Source: Squalus acanthias
Lineage: Eukaryota
Reading direction: 5' to 3'
Length of the DNA: 64,000 nt
Assembly (NCBI GenBank): GCA_030390025.1
Contig: CM059438.1
Location: forward strand, 69,628,001-69,692,000
Part shown: positions 26,031 through 37,116 of the stretch, piece after piece
Layout of the letters: each line of letters opens with the position of its first letter
Numbering within the stretch: the stretch's first letter is position 1
Position numbers and translations under genes: made by a program
The notes under the pieces: generated by a model
Seen by the model: the letters and a program-made list of their open reading frames with translations, nothing else
What the model was told of the DNA's origin: nothing
The model's database searches: none

Positions 26031-26384
26031 AAGCGATCACAACAATGGCCATAAAGTTTGCAGTCTCCAGAAGAAGCAAGGCTGCTTGCAGGCCTTAAAT
26101 CCAGCAGCACTGATGACGTCATCGGAGGTGACTTTCAGGATGGATAGACTCATTGGGCCAGGGGTTCCCACACGCTGGAAATCAAGTGCCCAATTAGGGG
26201 AAAATCGCACTTTTTTCCCACTTCACATCGGAGTCGGGGTCCTGACACGAAAACCACCTGACACGCCCCCAGCCCGCCCCCAATGGCAAAATCCAGCCTT
26301 AATGTTTGCTTTATTGATGGCAATTCATTGAAAACCCTAATAACTAGTATACCCACATCAAGAAAAAATTTGCAGCGCCATGGT

Positions 26385-26480
26385 GAAAGAGTGGGACTCA
26401 TTGGAGAGCTCTTTCAAAGAGCTGACACAGGCACGATGAGCTGAATGGCCTCCTCCTGTGCTGCAAGATTCAATGATTCA
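26385..26480 (+). mobile_element. CR1 3' UTR fragment
   Basis: AAAGAGCTGACACAGGCACGATGAGCTGAATGGCCTCCTCCTGTGCTG with a GATTC repeat tail. Confidence 0.7.
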
Positions 26481-26582
26481 ATAAGATACAGAAGTAATTA
26501 TGGACAAAAATCACTTAAAAAAAAATCAATCCAACGACCAGTTGGCTGCTCAGTCAGGTGATGGTAGTGCCACTACAATTAT

Positions 26583-27075
26583 AACAACAACTTGCATTTA
26601 TAAAGCTCTATGAATGTTTAAAAAAAAGTCCCAAAGTGCTTCACAGAAATGTAATAGTTATGACTCTATGACTAATCAGACAAAATTGGACATTGTGATA
26701 AAGAAGGAAGACATTGGCGAGGAGATGACCGAAAGTTGGTTAAAGATGTCGGTTTTAAGAAGGGTCTGAAAGGAGGAGAGGGATTGGAGAGTTAGAGGAT
26801 TTAGGGAGGGAATTGGGCCTAGTCGGCAGAAGGCCAAGGCCACCAACGGATGCACAAGAGGCGAGAGTCAGAGAAAAAGAATTCTGGTGGGCTGTAGGGC
26901 CAGAAGAGGGAGGGGTAAGATCATGAAAACATAGAAGATGAGAATTTTAATCTGGAGGGCTGGGAGCCTTTGTCGATCAGCAAGGGCAGGGGTGCTGGGT
27001 GACTGGGCCCTAATGCGAAATAAGCAGCAGAGTTTCAGATGCGCTGAAGTTTGGTTGGTAGATAGAGAAAAGAAG
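26583..27075 (-). mobile_element. L2-type LINE 3' fragment
   Basis: AACAACAACTTGCATTTATA tail. Inverse-similar to 59310-60075. Confidence 0.65.
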
Positions 27076-28631
27076 CCGAAAAAGAATTATCCTCAGGTTA
27101 GGGAGGAAAAAAATAGCCAAGATTCCCCTGATTGAAAACCAACGACCTCTGTTGGAAGCGCGAAAGTGTGGAGGTCAAGCGAGGGCAGGATGGCGCTCTG
27201 CTGTGATGCTCTCTATGACTTGCTGACACTTGATGTCGAGGCTCACAAGTGAATAATAGCCACTCAGACGAGATGTAACAGTGCGACCATTGCCTCAGCA
27301 AGGAATCAACGGCATCGGCAGGGGAGAAGAGGGGGAAAAAATTGATGAGAGAAAAGCAACGATAACATAATTAGTGGGGGTGGGGGGGAGGTGGGTGGAA
27401 AACAGAGCAAAGCAGCTGATTAAACAACTGAGCAGAGTGTAAGTCACCACAAAGCAATATCTCAATCTGTATAACAAAAAGGTTATACAACAAATAATTC
27501 AGAATTCCCTTGATGACTGTGTGGGTACAGGGACATTGTGCATTTATCCATTGAACTATTGAGGGAGCCCAAGGTTTGGGTATAAAGCCGGCTTTCTGTA
27601 ATAGGCACGTTTCCAATTAGCGGATATAAAATAATCTAATTAAAAGTTAATGTATAAATCACTGAAGAAAGGTTGCCTGATATTGATGAAGAATATAATA
27701 GTCTTTTGATAGAACCAGAAGAGCAGTACTTCATCTAATAAATATTAATTGGACTTTTGGTTTAATACTTCGGATGTTTTCATGTACTTGTTTATGATGG
27801 TGCCCCTCCTGTACAATGTAGCTTTGGTTTCAGTTCCTTTGGTGCAGATTTATTTTTGAAACAGTATTTCCACTCTGTTCCAGCCAAGTGAACAACCTGT
27901 TCTCTGACATTTAATCACCTGTCAGGAGTATGCAGTGAAATGACAATGACAATTCAGTGAACTATTTTCTGTTGTTGAATGGCTTTGTGCTTTTAGATCT
28001 AACAGAAGATTGTCCTGAATGCGGAAGTGCTTCATGTATTTAACTTGCAACTTGGTGGCATTTATTCAGCAAGAGACCTTGTGTAATTCAGGCTAGAAGC
28101 ACATGTTGGAAGAAAGGGAGCAACAGCTCAGCAGTTAACTAGAGGGAGTGCAGAGAGGAAATTACAATTTCCAATTACTGATCAGAAATAATTTCCAATG
28201 AAACTGACTAGTTTTTTTAATTCGATCAGCCTCTGCTTGTCACTGTCTTCAGCTGAGCACCGGCATAGATGTGAGGGAGGTCTGGGTGACTTGCCTGTTC
28301 ATTGAATCCGTCCAAGGCCTTGTCTCTCCCTATCTCTGTAACCTCCTCCCGTGATCTTGGTACTCCTCCAATTCTGGCCTCTTGCACATCCCAGATTTCC
28401 ATCAGCCCGCCATTAACGGCCATGCCTTCAGCTGCCTAGGCCCTAAGCTCTGGAATTCCCTCCGTAAACCTCTCTGCCTACCTCTCCTTTTAAGACGCTC
28501 CTGAAAACTGACCTCTTTGACGAAGCTTTTGGTCACCTGTTCTAATATCTCTTTATGTGGCTCGGTGTCAAATACTGTCTGATAACTAAACTAAAAACAT
28601 ATATCACGTAAGTAGATACACTTTTAAGCAA

Positions 28632-29572
28632 AATGATGGGACAGCTGAGACCTGTTGCCTGCAATTCCTGTGCCTTGTGGTTATCCAGGAGGCTTCATGT
28701 GTCCTGGATAACCACGTGTGCAGGAAATTCCTACAGTTGCATGAACTTGAGCTCAAGGTTTCTGAGCTTGAGGAGTGGCTAAAGTCAATGTAGGGCATAC
28801 GGGAGGTTGAGATTTTCTTGGAGCACATGTTCCAGGAGCTGGTCACCCAGCAGCTACAGAGAGTTTAGGAGGATAGTAAGTGGGTGGTCATCCGGCAGTG
28901 TAGGAAGAGGCAGGAATCCTCCGGGAGTGTGCCACTCTCAAACTGGTTTTCAGTGCTGAATACTGGTGAGGGTGACGACCCCTTGGGAGTCGGGAGTGCA
29001 GTCAAGAGCACATCCACGGCACTGTGGGGCAAATAACTGCACAGGGAGGTACAGCAAAGTGTAGAAATGCAGCGGTTATAGGGGATTCGATAATCGGGAG
29101 GATAGATTGGCATTTCTGCAACTGCCGACGTGAGTCCCACATGGTGTGTTGCCTCCCTGGTCCCAAGTAAAAGACATCACTGAGAGAGTGCAAAACATTT
29201 TGATGGTGGAAGGGTAACAGCCAGAAGTCGTTGCCCATGTGGGAACCAATGATATAGGAAGGAAAAGGGTTGAGGTCCTGCAGTCAGAGTTTCAGGACCT
29301 CAGGAGGAAATTAAAGAGCAGGACCACAAAGGTAGTAATCTCTGGATTACTCCCAGTGCCACGCGCTAGTGAGTATAGGAATAATAGGATAAGACAGGTT
29401 AATGCATGGCTGGAGAAATGTGCAGGAGAGAGGGCTTCAGATTTCTGGGACATTGGGACTAGTTCTGGGGCAGGAGAGACCTGTTCCAGGTGGACAGGTT
29501 GCACCTCAACAGAGCTGGGTTAAATGTCCTCATGGGAAGGTTAACTAATGCCATGAGGGAAGGTTTAAACTA
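28632..29572 (+). pseudogene. CR1 ORF1 (Cys-rich N-terminus, coiled coil, SGNH esterase)
   Basis: VIGDSI, HVGTNDIG, VVISGLLPVPRA and DRLHLN motifs, frameshifted. Confidence 0.8.
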
Positions 29573-29748
29573 ATTTGGCTGGGGAATAGGCACCAGTATG
29601 AAACATTAGAGAAGAGAAACAAGGTGCACAGAAGACTGGGAGAGACAAATAGCATAAGAGTAATGAATAATTCAGAAATAGGAGGGATCAGTCAGGGGGA
29701 AAGGCAAGACAGTCTAAGTTAGGTTTGGTGTGCATGTGTGTAAATGCA

Positions 29749-29850
29749 CAACAGTGACTACACTCCAAAGTTTTGCATTGGCTGTAAAGCGCTTTGAAAC
29801 ATCTGGTGGTCGTGAAAGGCGCGATATAAATGCAAGTCTTTCTTTCTTTT
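29749..29850 (+). mobile_element. SINE 3' tail inserted at the start of CR1 ORF2
   Basis: ACAACAGTGACTACACT..CATTGGCTGTAAAGCGCTTTG..TATAAATGCAAGTCTTTCTTT matches the Deu-SINE tails at 20890-20985 and 45685-45785. Confidence 0.75.
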
Positions 29851-29969
29851 AAGTAAGGTTAGGGTGCTGTAGGCACAAGTCGCCACACAGGAATTTGATA
29901 TAGTGGCAATCACAGAAACCTGGCTCAAAGAAGAGAAGCATTGGGAATTCAATATTCCTGGCTACAAGG

Positions 29970-30152
29970 TGTCGTAAGAATGAGCCTTACGCGTGGTAAA
30001 CTTAATGTAAGCTTTAATCAACTTAAAACGGTGCTGCATACAAAAGAGGTCTTACCCTATGCCTCTTCCAGAGCTAACTGATCAGTCCAGTATTTATCCT
30101 GGACTGATTACAGGAAGTGATGTCATACAGGAAGCTGAAAAGTGTTACCACA
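29970..30152 (-). repeat. 3' LTR (183 bp)
   Basis: TGTGGTAA...TTACGACA termini (7/8 inverted match), directly after the PPT. Contains TATA-like GATAAATA and ATTAAA. Confidence 0.85.
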
Positions 30153-30164
30153 TTCTCCCCCCCC
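30153..30164 (-). promoter_or_regulatory. Polypurine tract
   Basis: GGGGGGGGAGAA immediately 5' of the LTR's TG, preceded by TTTT. Confidence 0.85.
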
Positions 30165-30170
30165 AAAAGA

Positions 30171-33100
30171 TTAGGAGGCCGGAATGCTCCCTCCATTTCG
30201 TAGCCGTTGGATGAGGGAGAGCCGCACCCGTTTGGGTTCTCGTAGCGGTAGAGGGCCCCTAGCCCGTTTACCCGCTGCGGGCCATGGACCAGAGTCCGAG
30301 TGCTCCAGCCCGCTCTGTGAGGGGTCAGAACGATCCTGACCGTGTACTGGTACCCGAATGGGTGTCGGGCAGGGCTGTGGCAGATCCGTTTCTGAGCGTA
30401 CGGTACAGGGTTGATCGTGGCTGCGCGTGCGAGCCCCGACGGGCTCATAGTCAGTCTGCCCCAGGTCGGCACGCTGGAGTGAGGTACCAGCCGGCGTCAG
30501 ATCCCGATCATGATGAGAGGCACCTGGCAAGCCCAGAGATGTGCCTGGTACAATATCATCCCCTGGTGTCCCTCTATGTTTCGGCGGGCAGGGAGCCAGA
30601 TCCCGCAATGACACGGTAGATTCCCGACCGTCAGGATACCGAATATAGGCGTAGGTAGGGTTGACGTCAGTGAGCTCAACCTCATCTACCAGGGGGTCAT
30701 TCTTAGACGCCCGGACATATCTTCGGAGTAGCACTGGTCCCGGTGTAGTCAGCCACGACGGGAGAGATGTCCCATAGGATGAGCGACGCTGAAATCGGAA
30801 GAACCGTTCATGAGGCGTCGTATTTGTGGCGGTCGAAAGGAGGGACCGTGTGGAGTGTAATGCGTCTGGAAGTACTGCTTCCCATTGCTGGTTGGGTAGG
30901 CCCCGAGATCTCAAAGCCAGACGTACCGCATTCCAGATGATAGCGTTAAAACGCTCGACTTGCCCATTCCCAACCGGATGATAAGGCGTCATTTTGCTGG
31001 CAGCAATACCCCGTTCCGAGAGATAGGCCTTGAGTTCTCCCGACATAAAAGAAGGGCCCCGATCTGAATGAACATAGGATGCCATGCCACAGAAAGCAAA
31101 TACCTGTTCAAGGCAGCTGATAACCGTGGTTGTCAGCATATTGGGGCAGGGAAAGGCAAACGGAAAACGAGAATACTCATCAACCATTGTTAATAGATAA
31201 GTGTTGCGAGTCGAAGAGGGCAACGGCCCCTTAAAATCGATGCTAAGCCTTTGCATTGGCTGGGTCGCATGTATGAGTATACCACCCGAGGGGCGGAAAA
31301 ACCGAGGTTTCAATTCCGCACAGACTCTGCAGTCCGAGCACATCTTCTTTACATCCCCGGTAGAGAATGGGAGATTTCGGGACCGCACGAAGTGCAGCAT
31401 GCGAGTAACGCCTGGATGACACAACCCATCATGGATGTCTACGAGCGTAGAGGGTGCCATGGCGGAGCAGAATGCTCGTGTGAGGGTATCCGGAGCCACA
31501 TTCTCCTTGCCAGGTCGATAGTGGATGGTGTAACCAAAAGAGGCCAATTCCAGCCGCCAAAGCTGGATTTTATTATTTTTAATTTTGGTCCGTTTTCGAT
31601 TATCGAGCATGAAGGCGACCGATCGCTGGTCCGTGATTAAGGTAAAGTGCTGGCGAGCCAGGAGATGACTCCACTTCCGTACTGCCTCTATGATGGCTGT
31701 AGCTTCTTTCTCGACTGGAGGATAATGTAGCTCAGCCCCTTGAAAAGTCCTGGACAAAAATGCCACCGGACGACCTTCCTGATTCAGAGTGGCTGAGATT
31801 GCCACCTCCGAGGCATCACACTCAACCACGAAAGGAAGACTCTCATCAATGGAGTGAAGAGCCGCTTTCTCCAACTGCTTTTTCAGGAGGTTAAAGGCTG
31901 CAACAGCCGTTGTGTCTAGTGGGAATGTGCTGGCCTTCAGTAGAGGTTGGATTCGGTCCGAGAAGTTAGGAATCCATTTCGCATAGTATGCAAACAGGCC
32001 GAGGGCCCGGCGCAAGGAGGCCGGATTCTTAGGTGGCGGGAGTTCTTGGAGTGGGCGAAGCCTTTCAGGGTCAGGTTTAATGATGCCATTGCCCACACAA
32101 TAGCCAAGGATGTTGATAGTTGGTTGTGACTCAATGGATTTAGCCGCATTCAATGTCAAATTACGGTGCTGGAGTGCATCCCAAAATCGTTGGAGATTGG
32201 CGTCATGTTCCTGCTGATTGCGACCTGCGACAGTAATATTGTCCAGATAAGGAAACGTATCCTTCAAGTCTTCCTGTTTGACCAGGTCATCCATTGCTCG
32301 CTGGAAGACAGCCACTCCATTAGTGACCCCAAAGGGGAGGCGACGAAATTGATACAGCCGCCCATTGGCTTCAAAGGCTGTATACTGCTTGTCTGAGACC
32401 TTCAAGGGTACCTGATGATAGGCGCTTTTCAGATCATAAGTCGAGAACACCGTGTACTCAGCCAATTTATTAACCATATCATCGATGCGCGGCAATGGGT
32501 ATGCGTCCAAGTCCGTATACTGATTGATGGTCTGTGAATAGTCAATGCACAGCCGTTTCTTGTGAGGTTGTAGAGGGTTCTTAACAATAACGACCTGGGC
32601 GCGCCATGGCGACGAACAAGGCTCGATGATATCCTCTGCTAAAAGCCGAGAAATCTCAGCCGCAATAAAAGACTGGTCTTCCTGACTGAAACGGCGTGAC
32701 TTTGTTATAATCGGTTTGCATCGAGGAGGGATACTGGCAAACAGTGAGGGTTCATCCAGTGAAGCTGCTGACAAGGCACAGAATGGTAATCGAGGTCGTA
32801 TATTAGAAATAGTGAGTTCAGGTTTGGATCCGCCGAACTCAATGGTAAGCTTCTTATGCTGCTTTTGAAAATCCAGCCCTAAGATAAGATCACTACATAA
32901 GTCCTTGAGCACCGAAAGCCGGGTGGAGGGATACCTGTGACCTTTAAGCATTATTTCAACTACACAGAAGCCAGAAATTCTGGTATTAAGTGATGACTGA
33001 GCCATCGCAACTGCCTGGTCCGATGGAAAAACATGTAGCTTTAACTGTGCAACAGTCTGTTCCCTAATGAAACTATCAGTGCTACCTGAGTCAATTAAGG

Positions 33101-33956
33101 CATCTAAAGTATGTCCCTTAATTGATGCTTTTGTAGCTGCATGGAATAGATTCTGAGGACAAGCAGCTGTAATTGGTGTCGTTGCACAAAGAGTGGCTGA
33201 AATTCTAGGTGTGTTTCTTCGAGAAAAAACCCGAGAGGAAGCACGATAGTTTTTAGTTGGAACATCCTGATAGGCCCTTACTGGGGCAGTTCGGTAGGAC
33301 TTAGCTTGATAAGCCCTCGTAGAGGCTCTTGATAGGCAAACCTTTACAAAATGACCCTTTTTGTTGCAATGACTGCAAAACGCATTGCGAGCAGGGCAGA
33401 ATCTCCGAGGGTGAAACTCATCCCCACAAAAAAAGCATTTCTTAGATTGCCAAGAGGCTGCCACAGTGGGGTCATCATCCTCTTCATCGGTGAAGTCATC
33501 AGATCGATCGTCAGGGATAAAGTCCTCCCTAATAGAGTTCACCTGTGGCCTCTTAAATTGCCTGACTGTAGTTAAGGCAGCAGACCGAGGTCTGGGCACT
33601 GTAAAAAGGTCTGCATTTCGTTTTGCTAGATCTAGAGAGCAAGCCAGGTCATAAGCTCTCTGCAGCTCAAGTGTCTTACTTTCCAGTAGACGCTGGCGTA
33701 TAAATGGGGAGGCAAGCCCGCAGATGAACGCATCACGGATCATTTCTTCGCGGTATAGCTCAGCTGAGGCTGCCCGAAAGTTACAGTCCATACTAAGTCT
33801 GCGAAGCTCTTGGAGGAATTTATCAATGGATTCCTCCGGCCCTTGTTGGGCTGTAGCTAGTAGATGTCTAGCATAGACCTCATTCGGTGTCTTAGTATAT
33901 AGTCTCTTAAGCGTCTGAATTGCCTCCTCATAACTGTCCCAGTCTTCCACATACTG
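30171..33956 (-). CDS. Gag-Pol polyprotein, N-terminally truncated, about 1260 aa with no stops
   Basis: Zinc knuckles CFFCG..H..C and CSHCNKKGHFVKVC; protease LIDSGS; RT (DAYPLP, DLKSAYHQ, LPFG, YLDN); RNase H (CDAS, EKEA, TDQ); integrase HHCC plus IDFKG, SDRG and GQVERFN. Confidence 0.95.
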   Translation of the reverse strand, partial: QYVEDWDSYEEAIQTLKRLYTKTPNEVYARHLLATAQQGPEESIDKFLQELRRLSMDCNFRAASAELYREEMIRDAFICGLASPFIRQRLLESKTLELQRAYDLACSLDLAKRNADLFTVPRPRSAALTTVRQFKRPQVNSIREDFIPDDRSDDFTDEEDDDPTVAASWQSKKCFFCGDEFHPRRFCPARNAFCSHCNKKGHFVKVCLSRASTRAYQAKSYRTAPVRAYQDVPTKNYRASSRVFSRRNTPRISATLCATTPITAACPQNLFHAATKASIKGHTLDALIDSGSTDSFIREQTVAQLKLHVFPSDQAVAMAQSSLNTRISGFCVVEIMLKGHRYPSTRLSVLKDLCSDLILGLDFQKQHKKLTIEFGGSKPELTISNIRPRLPFCALSAASLDEPSLFASIPPRCKPIITKSRRFSQEDQSFIAAEISRLLAEDIIEPCSSPWRAQVVIVKNPLQPHKKRLCIDYSQTINQYTDLDAYPLPRIDDMVNKLAEYTVFSTYDLKSAYHQVPLKVSDKQYTAFEANGRLYQFRRLPFGVTNGVAVFQRAMDDLVKQEDLKDTFPYLDNITVAGRNQQEHDANLQRFWDALQHRNLTLNAAKSIESQPTINILGYCVGNGIIKPDPERLRPLQELPPPKNPASLRRALGLFAYYAKWIPNFSDRIQPLLKASTFPLDTTAVAAFNLLKKQLEKAALHSIDESLPFVVECDASEVAISATLNQEGRPVAFLSRTFQGAELHYPPVEKEATAIIEAVRKWSHLLARQHFTLITDQRSVAFMLDNRKRTKIKNNKIQLWRLELASFGYTIHYRPGKENVAPDTLTRAFCSAMAPSTLVDIHDGLCHPGVTRMLHFVRSRNLPFSTGDVKKMCSDCRVCAELKPRFFRPSGGILIHATQPMQRLSIDFKGPLPSSTRNTYLLTMVDEYSRFPFAFPCPNMLTTTVISCLEQVFAFCGMASYVHSDRGPSFMSGELKAYLSERGIAASKMTPYHPVGNGQVERFNAIIWNAVRLALRSRGLPNQQWEAVLPDALHSTRSLLSTATNTTPHERFFRFQRRSSYGTSLPSWLTTPGPVLLRRYVRASKNDPLVDEVELTDVNPTYAYIRYPDGRESTVSLRDLAPCPPKHRGTPGDDIVPGTSLGLPGASHHDRDLTPAGTSLQRADLGQTDYEPVGARTRSHDQPCTVRSETDLPQPCPTPIRVPVHGQDRSDPSQSGLEHSDSGPWPAAGKRARGPLPLREPKRVRLSLIQRLRNGGSIPAS

Positions 33957-36900
33957 ACAAGGTATTCACGAAAGATAGGGAAGGAGAAAAAAGAATGGTG
34001 GCAGTATTGATGAAAGAAACTATTATAGCACTGGAGAAGGATGATGTATGTGAGGGAACAAAGACAGAATCTATTTGGTTAGAATTATGGAACAATAGAG
34101 GAGCTATTATGCTACTGAGTGTATATTATAGGCCACCAAATAGTGAGAAGGAGATAGAGAGGAGCAAATTTCCAGGCAAATTACTGAAAGATCCAAGAAC
34201 AACAGAGTAGTGGGGACTTCAGTGATCCTAATATAGATTGGGATAGTAACAGTGTAAAGGGCAAAGACGGGGAGGAATTCCTGAAATGCGTACAGGAGAA
34301 CTTTCTTCATCAGTGTATTTCCAGCCCAACGAGGAAGGAAGCAGTGCTGGATCTGGTTCTGGAGAATGAAGTGGGGCATGTGGAGCATATTTCAGTGGGA
34401 GAGCATTTGGGGAATAGTGATCATAATATCATCAGGTTGAGAATAGTTATGGAAAAGGCGAGGAGCAGTCAAGTGCAAAAGTACTTAACTGGAAGAGGGC
34501 TAACTTCAGTGAGTGAAAAAGGGATCTGGCCCAGGTGGATTAGAAACAAAAATTGGTAGGCAAAACAGTAATTGAACAATGGGAGGCCTTCAAAGAGGGG
34601 ATAGTTCAGGTACAGAGTAGACACATTTCCATGAGGGGGAAAGGAAAGGCATCCAAAGCCATAGCTCCCTGGATGACTAAAGATGTAGAGGTTAAAATGA
34701 GACAGGAAAAGGAGGCTTATGACAAATGTCAGGCTCATAATACAGTATAGAATCAAGCTGAATATAGAAAGTACCAAGGAGATCTAAAAATGGGAATAAG
34801 AGGGGCAAAGAGAGTAGGAGAATAGATTAGCGGCTAATATAAAAGGGAACCCAAAAATCTTTTACAAACATATGAATAGCAAAAGGGTCGTCAAAGGAAG
34901 GGTGGGGCTGATTAGGGACCAAAAAGGAGATATTCTTGTGGAGGCAGAGGGCATGGCTGAGGTACTAAATGAGTACTTTGCATCTGTCTTCACTAGAGAA
35001 GAGAATGCTGCCAATGTAGCAGTAAAGGAGGAGGCAGTAGCGATATTGTTTAGGATAAAAATAAAGAGGAGGTACTTAAATGGTTGGCAGTCGTCAAAGT
35101 AGAAAAGTCACCCAGTCCGAATGGGATGCATCCTAGGTAACTGAGGGAAGTAAGGATGGCCACAATCTTCCAATCCTCCTTGGCTATGAGGGTGGTGCCA
35201 GATGACTAGAGGATTGCAAATGTTACACCCATGTTTAAAAAAGGGGAGAGGGATAAACCCAGCAACTACAGGCCAGTCAACCTAATGTCGATGGTGAGGG
35301 AACTTTTAGAGCCAACAATCTGGGACAAAAGTAATTGCCGTTTGGAAAAGTATGAGTTAATAAATGAAAGTCAACACAGATTAGTTAAAGGCAAATCGTG
35401 TTTGACTAACTTGATCGAGTTCTTTGATGAAGTAATGGACAGGGTTGATGAGGTTAGTGTGGTTGATCTTGTGTACATGAACTTTCAAAAGGCTTTTGAC
35501 AAAATACCACACAATTGACTTGTTAGCAAAATTAAAGCTCATGGAATAAAAGGGACAGTGGCAGCATAGATACAAAATTGGCTAAAGGACAGAGACCAGA
35601 GATTAGTGGTAAACGGTTGTTTTTCAAACTGGAGGGAGGTATACAGTGGTGTTCCCCAGGGGTCGGTATTAGAACCACTGCTCTTTTTGATATATATTAA
35701 TGACTTGGACTTGGGTATACAGGGCATAATTTCAAAGTTTGCAGATGTCACACAACTAGGAAATGTAGTAAACAATGAGGAGAATCGTAACAGACTTCAG
35801 GAGGACCATAGCCAGACTGGTGAAATAGGCAGACACATGGCAGATGCAATTTAACGCAGAGAAGTATGAAGTGATACATTTTGGGAGGAAGAATAAGGAA
35901 AGGCAATATGAACTAAATGGTACAATTTTAAAGGGAGTGCAGGAACAGAGAGACCTGGGGGTGTATGTACAAAAATATTTGAAGGTGGCAGGACAAGTTG
36001 AGAAGGTTGTTAAAATAGCATATGGCTTTGTTAATGGAGGAATACAGTACAAAAGCAAGGAAGTTATGCTAAACTTTGTAAAACAGTGGCTTGGCCTCAG
36101 CTGGAGTATTGTGTTCAATTCTGGGCACCACACTTTAGGAAGGATGTCAAGGCCCTAGAGAGGGTGCAGAAGAGATTTACTAGAATGGTACCAGAGATGA
36201 GGGATTTCAGTTATGTGGAGAGACTGGAGAAGCTGGGGTTGTTCTCCTTGGAGCAGAGAAGTTTAAGAGCAGATTGGATAGAAGTGTTCAAAATCATGAA
36301 GGGATTTGATAGAGTAAATAAGGGGAAACTGTTTGCAGGACACAGATTTAAGGTGATTGACAAAAGAACCAGAGGTGACATGAGGAAACATTTTTTTTTA
36401 CATGCCGAGTTGTGAGCTGGAATGCACTGCCTGAAAACGTGGTGGAAGCAGATTCAATAGTAACTTTCAAAAGAGAATTGGATAAATACTTGAAGGGAAA
36501 TAATTTACAGGGCTATGGGAAATAATTTACAGGGCTATGGGGAAAGTGCGGGGGAGTGGGACTAATTCTATAGGTCTACCAAAGAGCTGGCACAGGCACG
36601 ATGGAGCAAATGGTCTCCTGTGCTGTATCAATCTACGATTCTCTGATGACGCTCCTGTGAAGCACCTTGGGGCATATTACTACTTTAAAGGCACGATATA
36701 AATGCATGTTTTTGTTTGTGCCACCACTCTACTTTTTGGTGGAGCTCTTCATCCTCATTCATTGCCTCCTTCCGAAGGCACCGCTGAAACCTGCAGTTCA
36801 TCCTGTGATGAATCACAGTCGAACACCTGTGCCTTAAGAGACTGTGGCCCGAATTTCCTTATTACTCCCTCTGTGAGTTGGATGATTCTAATTAGCCCGC

Positions 36901-37116
36901 AGCTTCCTGAAACACTGAACATCAGCCCCGCGGCACAGCACCTGAAACCACAACAGTGAAACTGTTAATTGTATGGTGGAGAGGAGGTGAATGCTAGTGA
37001 ATACTAGGATGCTGTTGGGAGATCGCATTTGTTAACCAATCAATTCACGTTCCATATTGTCATGTAAACCTCAGGATTAAATGACACTTGTTTTCCTTTC
37101 AGCTCCTCATTATAAT

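Larger units (their letters stand above)
22043..26299 (+). mobile_element. Full-length PIF/Harbinger transposon (element 2, about 4.26 kb)
   Basis: 16-bp TIRs GGGCTCGATTTTGCCA / TGGCAAAATCCAGCCT (14/16 match), TWA-type flanks (TTA; TTA or TAA), and convergent transposase and Myb genes. Confidence 0.92.
29970..33956 (-). mobile_element. Gypsy/Ty3 LTR retrotransposon, 5'-truncated (no 5' LTR or PBS)
   Basis: PR-RT-RNaseH-IN domain order, PPT, one LTR, and the flanking direct repeat ACAAGG (29964-29969, 33957-33962). Confidence 0.95.
28587..36641 (+). mobile_element. Near full-length CR1 LINE (ORF1 esterase; ORF2 endonuclease-RT), degenerate, host of the Gypsy and SINE insertions
   Basis: TSD TCTGATAAC/TCTGATGAC (28578-28586, 36642-36650). 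APE motifs ITETWL, YYRPPNS and SDHN, RT motifs, and a CR1 3' UTR. Confidence 0.9.
28310..36715 (+). mobile_element. L2 3' end split by the CR1 insertion (pieces 28310-28586 and 36642-36715)
   Basis: GGCCCTAAGCTCTGGAATTCCCTCC..GGCTCGGTGTCAAA continues at 36642 with GCTCCTGTGAAGCACCTTGGG..TATAAATGC, colinear with the uninterrupted 3' end at 59860-60075. Confidence 0.8.

Noticed and set aside
30074..30472. Separate env-like ORF after integrase
   Set aside because: It is short, overlaps the pol C-terminus and the LTR, and has no signal peptide or transmembrane segment.
36495..36538. 22-bp tandem duplication GGGAAATAATTTACAGGGCTAT
   Set aside because: A simple local slippage inside the CR1 3' end.
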